Source: the human T2T-CHM13v2.0 reference genome, Homo sapiens
Assembly: GCF_009914755.1 (NCBI RefSeq)
Contig: NC_060940.1
DNA length: 64,000 nt
Strand: one strand, 5' to 3'
The position numbers and the translations under genes were made by a program. How positions within the stretch are numbered: the stretch's first letter is position 1; every line of letters starts with the position of its first letter. Positions 16,062 through 30,524 of the stretch are shown piece after piece. Below the pieces are notes generated by a model. The model had not been told where the DNA came from. It did not search any database and saw only the letters and a list, made by a program, of their open reading frames with translations.

Positions 16062-18766
16062 GGTGAATAGGAAAGAGAAGATGATCAGTGGGAAAATGTG
16101 ATTAAGCTTTCATTGTATTCCAGCCACTAGACAAGAATATTTATTTAAATATTTTTGTGTATTTCAAAGAAAAACTATTGTGTAACCTCATTTATAACTG
16201 AAAGATATAAGGCCCACAAAAGCTATCATTCACAAGTTAAGATGTCTTATAAAGTGTCAAAGTCACTGCACCAAGCCATCTCCTCCATGTATTGTTAAAT
16301 GTATTTAATAGTCTTTGGATTATTGAAAACAGCTGATTAAAAAAAATACCAAATAATCAAAGAAGATAGACAAGAAGGTCATTTTAATGTGTTTTATATT
16401 CTAAATGCTTTGGCCTCTTTCCAACAGTTGGCATTCACTGTTAGATAATAAATTACAAACCTGGAATACCTTCATAAAATACTATACTTTTTAATAAATA
16501 TTTGCCATCATTCATCTTTCATAATTTTTTATTCACTTTATTGTTTAACCTTAAAATACCTCTTTGACCATTTGTTAACTTTCTTTAGGTTGCCCTGTTG
16601 TATAATCTACGTTAATTTTCTTTTTACTCTTTGAAAAAAAAATAACTCGTTGGATGTTTTACATTAAAATTTAAAGAGTAGAATAATCTTTATGGAAAAC
16701 AAATGCTGAACATTTTAAAAACATAAAGTCTTGGCAGATACTATAAGGAAGAAAATCTGGGAGAGTTTGAAGATTGTTTAGTTATGGAGCTCCACCATTC
16801 ATTAATTTCCTATGTTCCATACATACATGCTTTGATATTCTTATCAATCAAACATGTATAGGACATTTACTATGTTTCAGGTCCTAAGAATGGAATTTGG
16901 GAGTGGATTACACATGACTTTTGCCCTGAAGGATCTCAACATACAGTAGGTGAAAAATGAAAGCATACAAGCTCAATAAATAAATGGCTTACAAGCGTTT
17001 CTTTTTGTTTACCATATTGGCTTCTGATAGTATGCTCACCTTTGCTGTCTACCCAATATTGTGTATGTCTGGCTGGATCTCTATCACCTACTGCTTGAAC
17101 CACTACCAAGAATCTCTCCCACTCCCAAATAGGATTTCTGCCTCTTGTCCCCAACTGTTTTGCATAACCCCCATCTTGACAGCCTTTTCATGAGCCATAG
17201 CCAAACTTTGGTAACAGCACATTTTTTTACTAAGAGCTCATCTTGGATTGAATTTCAGGACCCTATTTGTGGCATTCTGGCTACCCAGAGAGTTTCTGAG
17301 TTTAAGCTAAATAAAGAGAAAAAGGTGAACTAATTTAGTGTTTTGTTATCAAATTGTCATAACTACTTTGAGCTTGGATTCTATGTAGTTCTATTGTACA
17401 TTGACCAATGTTTGTAGTAGGACTGTGGGCAGAGGGAATGGGGAAGGAGGCAGAGAGACACACGGATGCTTCCTGAAATCCATCAGCTTCTAGAACTTTG
17501 GGTCACTTTACCTCATTTTTCCCACTCTCAAATCTGAGAGTTTTCTTGTTTTGGCCTTAAGCAAATCCTTCCTACCTGGTCATAGAACTGTGATGGTTTT
17601 ATTGCTCTTAACAACAGTTGAATTATTCTTATACTTAAGTTTCTAGTTTCTGCCGAACTGTAATAACCTCTAACTCCTCGAATTGTGCTCCAAATTTAAA
17701 GTAATTAGACTACTTGTCTATATAAAGTTATTTTTTTCTTTTTCCCTCATATGTGTGTGTATGTATGTGCAATTGATTGTTATTTAACACATAGTTCCCT
17801 AGAGGAAATAGAAGCAAAAAACAAAACAAAACAAAAAACAAACCCCAAAGTATTAAAACAGGCAGCAATAATCCACCAGTTCTCTCTGACCACAAGAATA
17901 AATTCACAGATGAAATTGATTTGTTAAAAACCCCTAGCAATACTTGTGTCCTTTTAAAGAAATTTAAAGATATTCACATTTCTAGGGATAATTTTTAAGA
18001 TTTTGTGTGAGGCTAGTGTAAGATGAAAAAAAGCCCACTTTATTTAGTTGGGATACATATACAGTAACCCCTTTATCTTTTAACTCTCCATGTCATCTTA
18101 GGAGAGTCATTTCTTCTGCTCTAGACTGTATAGCTTCAAACATTGGCCCATTTCAACTCCCTCAATTTTCCTAATGTAGAAAGTATGTTCTGATGATCCT
18201 CAACTTTGGTTGATTTAAGAGTTCCAGAGGCCCATAAAGAGCAGAAATTCATATGAGGCTGGTGTGGCATGAGTAGTTGAGTCCCGATGCCTCTACAAAC
18301 ACAGGCGGCTCTTTTTAATCAGAGGTATATATGACCCATATGATGACTCTATAACCAGTATAATGCTATGATATATAAGTCCCAGCCTGGAATGCAGATG
18401 AATTTTCCTAAAGAGAAACCCATGAGGAGGGATCCCTTCCCCAAATTCATTCAGTAAAGTACTCACAGCCACATTCCTCTTCTTCTCATTACCTGCCCCA
18501 AACAACCAGAGGCCTCTCCCTTTAACCAATGATTTTCTTTCAATGTCTCGGTTACTATTATGGATTATTTTCTTTATTCAATTTCTTGCCATATTGCACA
18601 TCACTCTTTACAACCTCAGCCTAAACAGAGCAGCCCCTGTCAATTTCTCTGCCCTGTCTACTCTTCTACAGTTTCTTTCCTTCTATCAGTGGACAATGAG
18701 AACTTACACAGACACTAAGCAAAAATTTAAAACGTTCTCTGCCATTGATAATGTGGAAAGAGGATG

Positions 18767-18920
18767 ATTGTGAAACTCCATACACACATATATATGAGCG
18801 TGTGCGTGTATGTATACATTGTGAAACTCCATGTACACATACGCATATATATGTCTGTGTGTATATATATATATCATAAATATACATATCATATATATAG
18901 ATATCACATATATATGTATG
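18767..18920. repeat. 51-bp-period duplication (attgtgaaactccat x2) decaying into TA/CA low complexity
   Basis: Unit starts at 18767 and 18818. Confidence 0.85.
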
Positions 18921-19196
18921 TTTTTAACCCATAATTTGGGGCATTGATATTACATTTTATTTAGGAATCATGATGTGCAAATAAAAGCAGTTTAAAAGTC
19001 ACCATACCAGATTAAGTGTTGACAACTATAAATATTTGTTTCATTACAAAAATTCAGCTATATGGAGGAAACAAAGTCGAGATCAAACTGAGGAAGAAGG
19101 AATAAAACTTTTTATAAATGCTGTTTCTGGAAATGAGTAAGAGTAGTTTAACACTGTTACTTGGTGGTGTGTTTTGAAAGCTACCTAAGACGTTTA

Positions 19197-19730
19197 CTGT
19201 ATTACCTTGGTTCTCCTGAACACAGAGCTTGAGACAAGGACTTGGATGCAATGTGGAATGTTTAATTGGGAAGTGATCCCAGGGACTAGGAGTAAGAGAG
19301 TGGGAAAGTGAAACAGAAAAACAGAAAAAGCCAAGCAAAAGTGCATCTATTACTGAGGTTAATTCTAGAGTGAATGAGGGCTTGATAACATCATGGCTTT
19401 CTGAGAACCATACAGAACCTCTTGGAATTTTTCACCTGAAGTATGGGATGCAGAGGCATTTATCCAACAACTTTTGTCCCTCTCGCCCCTAGCCCACTCA
19501 TCGTAGGTGGAAAGATGCCCCTAGGAAGATTAATGCTTCTGCACTGCATGCTTTCAGAGTCTTGCAGGGCTTGGCTGCATCAGACAAGACTCAGAGGAGG
19601 AAATGAAGATATGAAGCCACAGTGAACCATTATTAGCAGGAAGACAGTAGCCATAGCAGACATAAAAGTGTCCACTTCCGTCGTGACTGAAGTTAGAGGG
19701 GAAGCCAAGAATATCTGTTGGTGCAGCAGA
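19197..19730 (-). mobile_element. LTR16-family (ERVL) solo LTR
   Basis: cagagcttgagacaaggacttggatgca...tttaattgggaagtgatcccagg matches my recollection of LTR16. Confidence 0.7.
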
Positions 19731-20308
19731 TGTGTCTTCATGCCTGTCATCATACAAATCTTTCAATGGCAAATATATGCTTTAAAAATCAGATAACCAG
19801 TGACATTTCTCCTCACATGAATTTAACTGAAGAGTACATTTAAACATGCTCCTATCTTGATGAAAACAAGTAGTTTAAACCAATGACAGTCAAACTTAGA
19901 TACGCAGAGGCAAGGGACTATCTGATTTTTGCATTCTAAGCACCCATCACAATAATTAACACCTGAATGGTATTTGATAAAAATAGCCAAATATATAATA
20001 ATGGATTTAAATCAGTAGAAAATCTACAGGTCAGATATGCTTTGAAACCTAGAATGTGAGATCTATGAGGGAGTTTTGAAACAGCCAAGTACTGGGAATG
20101 CCTGCATATTTTATGTAGCATTTTAAGATTCATAAAGTGACAGTCGAAAGAGCTGTGTGCCTTTAAGTACTACTAAAAAAGGAAAGAGTACAGTATGTAA
20201 TTAATAATGTCTACTATGGGTGCAAAAAATAAAAGTAGAACCAGTAGTTTGATGTATTGGCCTTTATGAATTGTTGTCTTACACTCCCATTTTAAAGATT
20301 GTAAAGTA

Positions 20309-21354
20309 CAATCATATGCCGCATAAAGTCGTTTAGGTCAACTACCGATTGCATATATAACAGTGGTTATGTAAGATTATAATGGTATAATAGAGCTTCA
20401 AAATTCCTATCACCTAACATGTGCTGTACTATAATTTTTGTTGCTATTTTAAGTTGTGTTAATATACTATATATAACAACTTAAAATAACAATACATGTT
20501 ATTAATATGCAATATATAACTACATATATATTTTATTATTGAAAAAAATATATATATGCTGTAAAAGAGACTCAGGCAAGTCCTTCAGGAGGTATTCCAG
20601 AAGAAGGCATTGTTATAGGACACAGTGGCTCCATGCATGTGATCGCTCCTGAAGGCCATCCAGTGGGACAAGGTGTGAGGTGAAAGACAGTCATACTGAT
20701 GACCCTAACCCTGTGCAGGCCTAGGCTAATGTGTGTGTTTGTGTCTTAAAGAATAAAGACATAAAGAAAAAAATATTTGTGTACAGGTGTACAATTTGTG
20801 TTTTAACCTAAGTGTTATTACAACACTCAAAAATTTAAAAGAAATGTAAACATTCTTAAAATAAAATGTTAGAGTAAGTTACGTTCAATTTATTGCTGAA
20901 GAAAAAAAATTTAAAGATAAATGTAGTGTAGCCTAAGTGTACAGTGTTTGTAAAGTCTTCAGTAGTGCACAGTAATTTTCTAGGCCTTCATATTCACTCA
21001 TCACTCACTCACTGACTCACCTAGAGCAACGTCTAGTCCTGCAAGCTCCATTCATGGTAAGTACACTATACGAGTACCATATTTTTACTGTACCTTTTCT
21101 GTTTAGATGTGTTTGCATATCTAAGTATACATACATGAATATTTACCATTGTATTATAATTGCCTAAAGTATTCAGTACAGTAACATGCTATACAGGTTT
21201 GTAGCCAAGGAACAAGAGGCTATACCATATAGCCTAGGTGTGCAGGAGGGTATGTATACATCTAGGTTTCTGTAAATGCACTCTAGGATGTTTTCACAAT
21301 AACAAAGTCACCTAACAATGCATTTCTCAGAATGTATTAAGCAACACATGACTG
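20309..21354 (+). mobile_element. Tigger3b (TcMar-Tigger non-autonomous DNA transposon)
   Basis: Terminal repeats caatcatatgccgcataa / ttaagcaacacatgactg with TA on both sides; internal caggaggtattccagaagaaggcattgtta. Confidence 0.92.
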
Positions 21355-21489
21355 TAATATAATTATTTGTAATCTAATTATGAGTTCACATAATGATTAA
21401 GGGCATGGATTAGAATCTAGATTCTTTCTTAAGCTAAATAATGAGGTTTAGAAGGAAATGAAAAGTAGATAATGACTGTTTACTTAGCA

Positions 21490-21810
21490 GATTTGTGGTA
21501 GAATGGTACATAATGAATATAAAAAGTGGCGCTGGTTAATGAGTAAAAAAAAAAAGAAAGAATGAATAAGATCTAGTATTTGATAGCACAACAGGGTGAC
21601 TATAGGCAATAATAATTTAATTTTACATTTTAAAGTAACTAAAAGAATATAATTGGATTGTTTGTAACACAAAGGATAAATATTTGAGGTGATGGACACC
21701 CCACTTACCATGATGTGATTATTATACATTGTATGCTTTTATCAAAATATCTGTATACCCCATAAACATATACACCTACTGTGTACCCACAAATATTAAA
21801 AAATAAAAGA
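21490..21810 (+). mobile_element. L1MA 3' end
   Basis: gaatgaataagatctagtatttgatagcacaacagggtgactata...tacacctactgtgtacccacaaa. Confidence 0.9.
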
Positions 21811-23167
21811 TTTTTAAAAACCCTATGTAACATTGAAACTCGATGGCAGCTATTACCAGAAATGATTTTAAAAACCTCCTATTGCAAAGTTCTTCTAAGT
21901 CAGAAAAGCATAGCTGATATGAAATCAAGTGAGATGAACCATACCATGTCTTTTTCAGGGCTGTTGAACAAGAACTGCCTGTATTTTCAGAGTAGAATCT
22001 TGGCTAAGATGTGCTGGAAACAGTGCCATCTGCTTGTCCATTGTCTAGATATAGAAAAAGGACTTTAGTTAAAACTCTTTTGAAACAGAAAAGCTAAGGA
22101 GGGTTGTTGCTATAGAGTGTGGCCAAATTGAGGAGAACAAAATGCATGGGCTGCTTCTCTGAATTTTGCCTGAGTGTTGTGTCCCAACTCTAATGACCAA
22201 GACTAACTACAGAGTATGGCCACAACTGGATTACATGTACATTATGGAGGAATCTGTTAACGGAAGTGAATATTTCTCTTTTTTGTGGTCTCAATAAGAA
22301 AGCATTCTAAGTATACTTCTGTGGCTTAAAATCTGTAACGAAACTCATCGATGCCTATTGCTAGGGGGAAAAATAGTCTAGTTGAACTAAGAGCTACACT
22401 GAACATGAAAAAAGAAAATAAGTGCTTAGCTCCAGGTGAAGCTAAACTATGCATGGCAGCAAGTGCTCTGAAGATAGTGATGCTTGCACTGTGTCAAAAA
22501 AGGTAGTGACTAAAATAGCCTATCCTTCTTTCTTGCTCCTTGCATCTCCCACTCTGGTCAATTGGAGGGCTCATTTTATCCATAGAATATCACATTTAGC
22601 ATCCTCAGTCATGAGAATAAATTTACCACAATCAATCGGAAAAATCTACTATCAATGGATGCTATATTTCTGAGGCTACTACTGGCATAGGGTAAAATGT
22701 TTGCTTATACAGGGGTTAAATATAAAAAAAAAGGAAATAAATGCATTGTTAGATTCCTTAAAACTTATTTCCCTTTAGGAGTCAGAGAAAACATGATGCT
22801 GATATATATAATTGGGAGGATTTTCCTTAATAAAAATATCTACCATTTATGTTCATGCTTTCTTGATCTTCAAAGTTTTTCAGACGTTAGTTTGAGTCTA
22901 GCTAGCTTAAATTTTGCAAAATGGAATTAACATGGTTTTTGCTGACTTATTCACAGAATATTTGCAGGAGCATATGATATCATTCATGGAAAAATAATTT
23001 GTGGACTGTAAAGCCCAATTGAAATAAAGCAACTAAATACTTTTTTACAGGTTGGGGTTTAAAATTTTAATGTCTATGCCTCTCTCTCTCTCCCTCTCTC
23101 TCTCTCTATCCATCCATCAGTCTATTCTATCTATCTATATCTATATCTATCTATCTATCTATCTATC

Positions 23168-23466
23168 TTTTTTTTTTTTTTTTTTTAGATGGAGTCCCGC
23201 TCTGTCACCCAGGCTAGAGTGCAGTGGCATGATCTTGTCTCAGTGCAACCTCCGGCTCCTGGGCTCAAGCGAGTCTCCTGCCTCAGCCTCCAGAGTAGCT
23301 GGGATTACAGGATGCGCCACCATGCCCAGCTAATTTTTGTACTTTTAGTAGAAACAGGGTTTTGCCATGTTGGCCAGGCTGGTCTTGAACTCCTGACCTC
23401 AAGTGATCCGCTCGCCTTGGCCTCCCAAAGTGCTAGGATTACAGGCATGAGCCACCACGCCTGGCC
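23168..23466 (-). mobile_element. AluSx-like
   Basis: Reverse dimer flanked on both sides by (TCTA)n. Confidence 0.95.
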
Positions 23467-23483
23467 TCTATCTATCATCTATC

Positions 23484-23526
<43 letters not shown>

Positions 23527-23541
23527 ATCTATCTACCTATC
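23467..23541. repeat. (TCTA)n/(GATA)n tetranucleotide STR
   Basis: About 10 uninterrupted units plus degenerate flanks. Confidence 0.95.
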
Positions 23542-24299
23542 ATTTATATTTAATGCACACCTGTTTCAGACTAGGCTCCTCCATAAACTCTATAGATAAG
23601 AATTTGTTTACTCCTTTAATGTTTGTCTGTAAGACATCTTTGATTAAAATAGGGAGGCTTACTTTTAGTTTTTTGCCCAAGGTCAATCTGGGATTTGAAC
23701 CCTAAACTTCCAACTACAAAGACAGCCACATTTCTTTCCAAAGAATCCAAATTGAATGTATTTGATGAGGTAACTGATATCATAGATTGAGATCTGATTT
23801 GCTAGTTCTATAGGAATTTTGCACCTACATACATTTTTAATATAAGTTTTCATCCCAAGGGTCTTGTCAAAAACCTACTCTTTTACTCACCTTACCAACA
23901 CTTGGAGGCATGACTTATTTCTAAAACAAAACTGCAAGGCAAATGTTCACTGCAAAGTAGACCAGAGATGAAGATATTTAGAAACGATTTTTTTTCAATT
24001 GTCGTATAGAATGCAGCATTTTAGTGGTTTATTTTTTTTCCATTTCACAGCCAGTGTTTATACACAAAAATCTTGGAATACTCTTGTTTTTGTTTCATGT
24101 GTTGCAGCTTTTCTAGGAGCACCACTGTCTTCCAAAAACAAGTAAAATGACTAAGATTACATTAATTTGCATTGCATTACATAACCTGTTGAGAAAACAG
24201 AACGTGTTTATAATTTTTAAAATAATTTTATCATAAGTACAAGTCTACATATCAAATTAGAGTGATTTTCCAGAAGATCCACTTTTTATGCAGAAGTGT

Positions 24300-24870
24300 A
24301 ACATGTAACTCAGTCCTAGCTAATCCAATTATTGCAACCTCCTAACCACAGTGATTGGTTCAGTTATGAGCATGTGATCCAGTGATAGTCAATGAAATTT
24401 ACTAAAACTCTTCCTTCAATTTGATAGGAATGATTCTTACAGTTTTTGCTGCAATTACCTAAAAGCATTTAAGCTAGCATTACTATAAATATTTTTGACA
24501 TAACAAAAGGAGGCAAGATAGAGAAACCAGACCCTTAAACATTTTCCACAATATTTTGTAATGAAAATATTCATACATAGAAAGTGAATGAAGCTATTGT
24601 ACATTGATTACCAGATTACCCACTAATCAGATTCTGAAATTAACAGTATATAGAGATTTGCTTTTTCATACACCTAATTCATCCTTTTGTCCACTCACAA
24701 AAGGATATCACTTTGATATCAAAATCATATCAAAATCACTAACTTTGATAAAATAAGTCACAGACTAGTTTGATAATATCCTCGCATCTATGACGCCAGG
24801 CAGAATTTCTGCTGGAATTTTAGTTACATTCATCAATAAATTCCCCCTTTTACTGAAGCTCGTTTGATGC
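24300..24870 (+). mobile_element. MLT1J/K-like LTR pieces split by an L1ME fragment (~24540-24690)
   Basis: ccacagtgattggttcagttatgagcatgtgatcca and ttagttacattcatcaataaattccccc. Confidence 0.55.
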
Positions 24871-24943
24871 AAATGGCATAGTGAGTTTTTAAATTAACAT
24901 AGTGAGTTTTATAAATGGCATAGTGAGCTTTTAAATTAATAGT
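24871..24943. repeat. Short tandem repeat, catagtgag core x3
   Basis: aaatggcatagtgag(t/c)ttttaaattaa recurs at a 42-bp period. Confidence 0.85.
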
Positions 24944-25831
24944 TGTACATAACTGTTGAGTTGTTTTCCTCCTTCCTCCCACCTCGTTCATAGAAAGTGT
25001 GAATAAAGAAGAATATCAGTCCAAAATGGTTCCCATAATCTGTTATTTGTGCAATGACCCTCACAACACATTCCCATAAGTAACTATTGGAATATATAAA
25101 TTTGTTTTCAAATACCTTTCCACTTGGTTGAATATATTTTCATGAGCCAATACTTTGTCATAACATAATAAGGAATATTTGTTGTAAACGCTTTTAGTGA
25201 GTGCTACTGCAGAACACTTCCCAAATCACTGAAAGTATATTTTGGAGTTGCAGCAGTTACCAGAGTCTGCTAATGAGGATAGAGTTTATGCTGTAAAATT
25301 TTCAAAGCTTACAAATCATAATTGGATCATGAAGAGATCGTGAAATATCAAATATTATTTTAAGTGACTTCTAACAATAAAATTACTGCCTGGGGATTTT
25401 CTCAGTATGAGACTTTGAAATCTTTTTGCTAAAATCCTAGCCATAGAGCTCAGATAAATATAATTTAAAGTTTTAAGCCAATATTTTAATGTTTTGAATA
25501 CTTCTGTATTTCTTAATAAATATTTTATAAGCTATCACCACTGATGCATTTTAAGCATATGAAAAACTTACATAGTAATTAACGTAGCACCCCCAGTGAA
25601 AAGTTGGAAAGGTTATTTTAAATAGTGCAGATATTGCAAAAGCTATCCAAGTAAAACAGAGTAAACGCATGAAATCTTCAAATCTTCATTAGGGTTACCA
25701 AATATAAATGGCTGGCTGAGGTCATTCATGCAATCTTTTCTATTTCTTTCTTTATCTCTAACTGAATTTCAGTAAATAAAGTGTGAATGAGCCTTTGTCA
25801 TACACTTACATAATTTCTTTCATGTAAGTAG

Positions 25832-26365
25832 GTGTTTTGTCTCATCAAACCGGCAGCTGGAGTGGCCCCAAAAGCAGTGGAAGGGGAATTCCCACAAGGA
25901 AGGGCCCCCAACCTTCCCAAGATGGGGCTGGTTGGGATTCCAAGGAAAGAAGCACCAAATGTGAGGGAGATCAGTCGAAAGCGTTTATTAGGTAAACATA
26001 CTTCTAGAGGTGTTGCAGCAATCCTCACAACGGGATAATGAAAGAAAAGGGGTGCTCTACCTGGATAGGTTTACAGAGATGGAGCCAGGGTGTGGAGTCT
26101 CTATGAGGGCTTAAGGAATTTGACTCAGAGCTGTGGCCTCTTTCTTTCAGTGTTTTGGGCAACAAGCTATATACCTTTATCAGTGTTTGGGAAAGTTCAA
26201 GACTCCTGTTTAGGTTCAATTCAGCTGGGAAAAATCTGCAACTGTCTGTGTCACATTGTGGCCACAGGGCACTGTGTGATTTTCAGTGAGAACACAGAAA
26301 GAAAATGGCGGGGGGACTGGGGACCCTACAGTAGGTGTCAGTATCAACCAGGGCCTTTTAACCAT
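25832..26365 (-). mobile_element. LTR-like element, family not assigned
   Basis: GC-richer ~530-bp block starting TG, with a reverse AATAAA (gtttatta) at an LTR-typical position. Confidence 0.45.
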
Positions 26366-26435
26366 AAGCTGTTCTTTTCCAGGAAGCTTAAAGATGTGTT
26401 GTGCTGTCTTGATAGATATAACACATTTTCTGTGA

Positions 26436-26812
26436 TACATAAACACCATGGAATACTATGCAGCCATAAAAAAGAATGAGGTCATGTCCTTTGCAGGAAC
26501 ATGGATGGAGCTGGAAGCCATTATGTTTAGCAAACTAATGCAGGAATAAAAAGCCAAATACTGCCTTTTCTTACTTACAAATGGGAGCTAAATGATGAGA
26601 ACACACGGACACATAGAAGGGAACCACAGACACTGAGGCCTAACAGACAGTGTGGGGTGGGAGGAGGGAGAGGATCAGGAAAAATAACTAATAGATACTA
26701 GGCTTCATGCCTGGGTGATAAATTATCTGTACGGCAAGCCCCAAGACCAAGACTACCTATGTAACAAATCTGCAAATGTACCCCTGAACTTAAAATAAAA
26801 GTTAAAAAAAAG
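26436..26812 (+). mobile_element. L1PA (PA13-16-like) 3' end
   Basis: caccatggaatactatgcagccataaaaaagaatgag...cccctgaacttaaaataaaagtt; TSD ataacacatttt / ataatacatttt. Confidence 0.92.
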
Positions 26813-26839
26813 AAATAATACATTTTTTATATGGCTATT

Positions 26840-27060
26840 ATTTAATGCCAACTAACTCTGTATCAGGTAGTATTCTAAGTACATGTCATATTTTATTATA
26901 TTCAACTTTTTTAAACTATAATTTCCTAAAATAATTATGAATGCCCCCCATTTGTAGAAGAGGAAACAGGTAAAAAGAACTTAAAAACTTGGTCAGTTTC
27001 ACACAGATAAAATCTGTGACCTATCTGACTCCGAAGACAATGTTCTTTACAACTGTGCTT
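26840..27060 (-). mobile_element. MIR
   Basis: ccccatttgtagaagaggaaacagg...tctgactccgaagacaatgttcttt. Confidence 0.7.
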
Positions 27061-29509
27061 TTCAAACAGGAAAAAATGAGGACCATCAAGAAGATGTAAA
27101 CACCACAGATGCCAAAGCCATTCAGTGTGAAAGACACTTTATTTGACGTTCAAGCCAGACCCTCTCTGCCAATGATCGCATCAGTCTCCTGCAGGGGCTG
27201 ATGTGATAATGTGGTCATCCAGAAGCTCCCCCTAGTCCTTAATGTAAAATTAATGCCCTCTAATAGAAGTCTGCACATTATGTGGAAAACTGGAGGACCC
27301 TTTAAATATAGATGCAGACACTCAGGAACCTACATACTGCAGTTTGAAAATGTTTCAAAAAGAACTGTTGTGAAGGTCAGAAAAAGATGCAAGGTCCCCT
27401 GAGCATCAAAAGTTCTCAATCAATGGGAGATGTTCATTTTTAGTGTTTTAATAATAGCAGCCAACAACCAGGAACATTGCGCTGGCCAGTCTTTTGTACT
27501 TTTAAGCCAGACAATTGAAAGGCTGACATTATTACAATGTCTTCTTCTCTACCTTTGTAAACTTATCTGCCAGATATACAAATTTGTGACCTTGAGATAT
27601 GGTGAGAGGACAAAAATGAGCTGGGAGCTGGTGATGGAAAACAGTCCCTTTTATGAAGTTGGTGTGCTCAACTAATGAATGGACTTACCAGTTCTTTAGA
27701 AAATTCCACAGTAGGCAACAGAATCAACACTGAAATAGAAATGTATTCCTGGGTTCTGTTTCCTTCCCGTCTTGTTGGTTTATACACCATTAACTTTGTA
27801 TTATCACTCCAGATGCATCAGTTCTATAAAGCATGTTTTATGCTTTGCTTTGCTGGTTTGATTGTCTTAAACACATTCCAGTTTAACACACTAGTTTAAC
27901 TCCTGCCTCTGTCAGAAAAAGCCAGTGTGAAATAGAATTTAATGCACAGTTCCTTCAGAAGCAGTGTTGAGTAATTCAGAGGTTCCACAATATGTTTATT
28001 AAGCACCTAATATGTACTAAGAATTGATTAATCTCTGTGGATAAAACATAGAGCCAAAAGAGATGCATTCTTTGCTGGCATGAAATTTGTGGCCTAATGT
28101 ATAAAAGGACAATAAGTAAACGTTTTCTGATCTTTGGCCAAGCTTTCTCTCTAAATCTAGAATAAATCATCTTATTAAAGAGTAAGATAAAGTACATCAT
28201 AGACATTTCAAATATTAAATCTGAAAGAGAGTTAAATCTTGGGATGGCAAACACTTATCAGGAAAGATGTCACCACTCCACCCATGCCCGTAGTAGACAT
28301 CATTAATTGACCATTGTAATCTTCCTTCATGGATTTCGGTGTAAACTCAAACTCTATCACAGCATGGCTTTCTAGACAGGCACTGTCAATTATTAGAAAT
28401 ATACACAATAGTTGTCTTTGTTCTTTTTTGCTATTCCTAATGCACTTCATCTGCTCCTATTTGCTAAATGTTGTAATTGACAACTAGAAAGTCCACATGA
28501 GCTAGCCTAGGTGAACCAGTCTGGAAGATGCTAAGCTGGAATCTGAATTGGGTTTTCTAAATGTCCATGCAAAACTCTCTTCCATTCCATCATACACCCT
28601 CATCTCACTGCCATAAAGCACTTCAGAATGGAACATATCGGAAGATACATGCTTTTGAGAAGAAAAGGGGATTTTATGATGGTGTGCTGAAGCCATAATA
28701 TGGCTGGATAATCCTATTTTTCTTTTATTTTAAAAAATACTCTGAAATACTTTTAAAAATAAACTTTTATTTCTTCCTAGTGTTGTGAGAAAAGAGGCCC
28801 TTCCTCTATGCCCACGGTAGAATTCCAAGATCTGCTCTTTACTGCCAAGTCTTGGAGTCGAGATTAATCACATCTAATTCTTAAGCTTAGAACTTAATGT
28901 GACAGATAAGTAGCTTGAAATAAGCTTCATATCTTCATTAGTGTTGTATAATTGAAAAAAAAGAATATTTTTATATCATGATTGTACTCTTCAAAAATTC
29001 TTCCAAAACATAGTCCCAAACCACTACAAATGTCTTAGAAGTGGGACTTAGAAAGCTCCTCAAAGAGCTGAAACAATTGTCTTCCAGAATTCAAGAAACC
29101 ATTGTCGAAAGTGAAGAATAATTTGTTAATTCATTTTATCTAAAACTACAGTATGACTTCCCATTCTCATTCCCAGTGACATTAAATAATTATAATAAAT
29201 AAGTGGAATTCACTATTAGAGAAATCTCATAATCAAATTGCCCAGCAATGATGCCTAGCACATAGGATAAAAAGGGTCATGGTCTCAAACTATCTCCTCA
29301 GCACTCCTACCAGGGGAAAAACTAAAAGCAAATATTGACTGTGAGGGAAAAAGTAACAACTGAACATTGGGAAATATGGTGGATACCACCCAAATCAAGT
29401 GATTGAAGCTAGTTATAATCAATAAAGGGACATTTGGAAATTATGTTTCGCCTGATAAAATGCAATGGAAAAATCATGGTGACGCTCTGGTGATCTAGAG
29501 GCTTAATTA

Positions 29510-29823
<314 letters not shown>

Positions 29824-29978
29824 GTGTACCCTGGATCTAATCATGAGGAAATATCTGTCAGACAAAGAGTGAGTTTTATTTTGCAAGATAACTGATCTGT
29901 AATACTTAAGGGTGTCAGAGATATGAAAACCTAGGAAGCACTTGAGGAACTATTCCAGATGGAAGGAGACTGAGGAGG

Positions 29979-30034
29979 CGTGGCAACTAGGTGCAATGTA
30001 GGATCCGTGGCAACTAGGTGCAATGTAGGATCCG
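29979..30034. repeat. Perfect 27-bp tandem duplication
   Basis: cgtggcaactaggtgcaatgtaggatc at 29979-30005 and 30006-30032. Confidence 0.97.
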
Positions 30035-30485
30035 GTATTGGATCCTTTCACCATGAAGAGCATGGTGAGATAATTGGTGAAACTTGAATGAGATGTGGAC
30101 TGGATGGTAGTGATATGTGGATATGAATTTGATGATTCGTTGTTTGTGCCATTATTATGTCTTAGGGAAGCCTAGTTTGTGAGAAATGGACTTTGTGGTA
30201 TTGAGGGTGGTGATATATCACATCTGTTGCCTGAACTTAGGAGGCTCAGAACAAATATATATATTTGTCCTGTTCTGGCTATCATTCTGCAAGTTTTAAA
30301 TTGTGTCCAAAAAAGTGGGCTCATTTGACAGTGTTTATGTGTGCCCTAGTTTCACTGGGCAATTCTCATGTGCATTCTTCTAAGCACATTGCATCTGTTT
30401 ACTAATTTAATCTCTATAACAACTTTATTAGCCAGTTACTATTATTAACTCTATTATATGGCTGAGAAAACTGAGGCACAGAGGA

Positions 30486-30486
<1 letters not shown>

Positions 30487-30524
<38 letters not shown>

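Noticed and set aside
24871-24943. Repeat-spacer pattern as a CRISPR-like array (also 18767-18870 and 63753-63797)
   Set aside because: Only 2-3 units, no unique constant-length spacers, eukaryotic context; ordinary slippage duplications.
27054-27380. Plus-strand exon after gcttttcaaacag|G
   Set aside because: The acceptor lies at a MIR edge, the donors are weak and no meaningful ORF follows.
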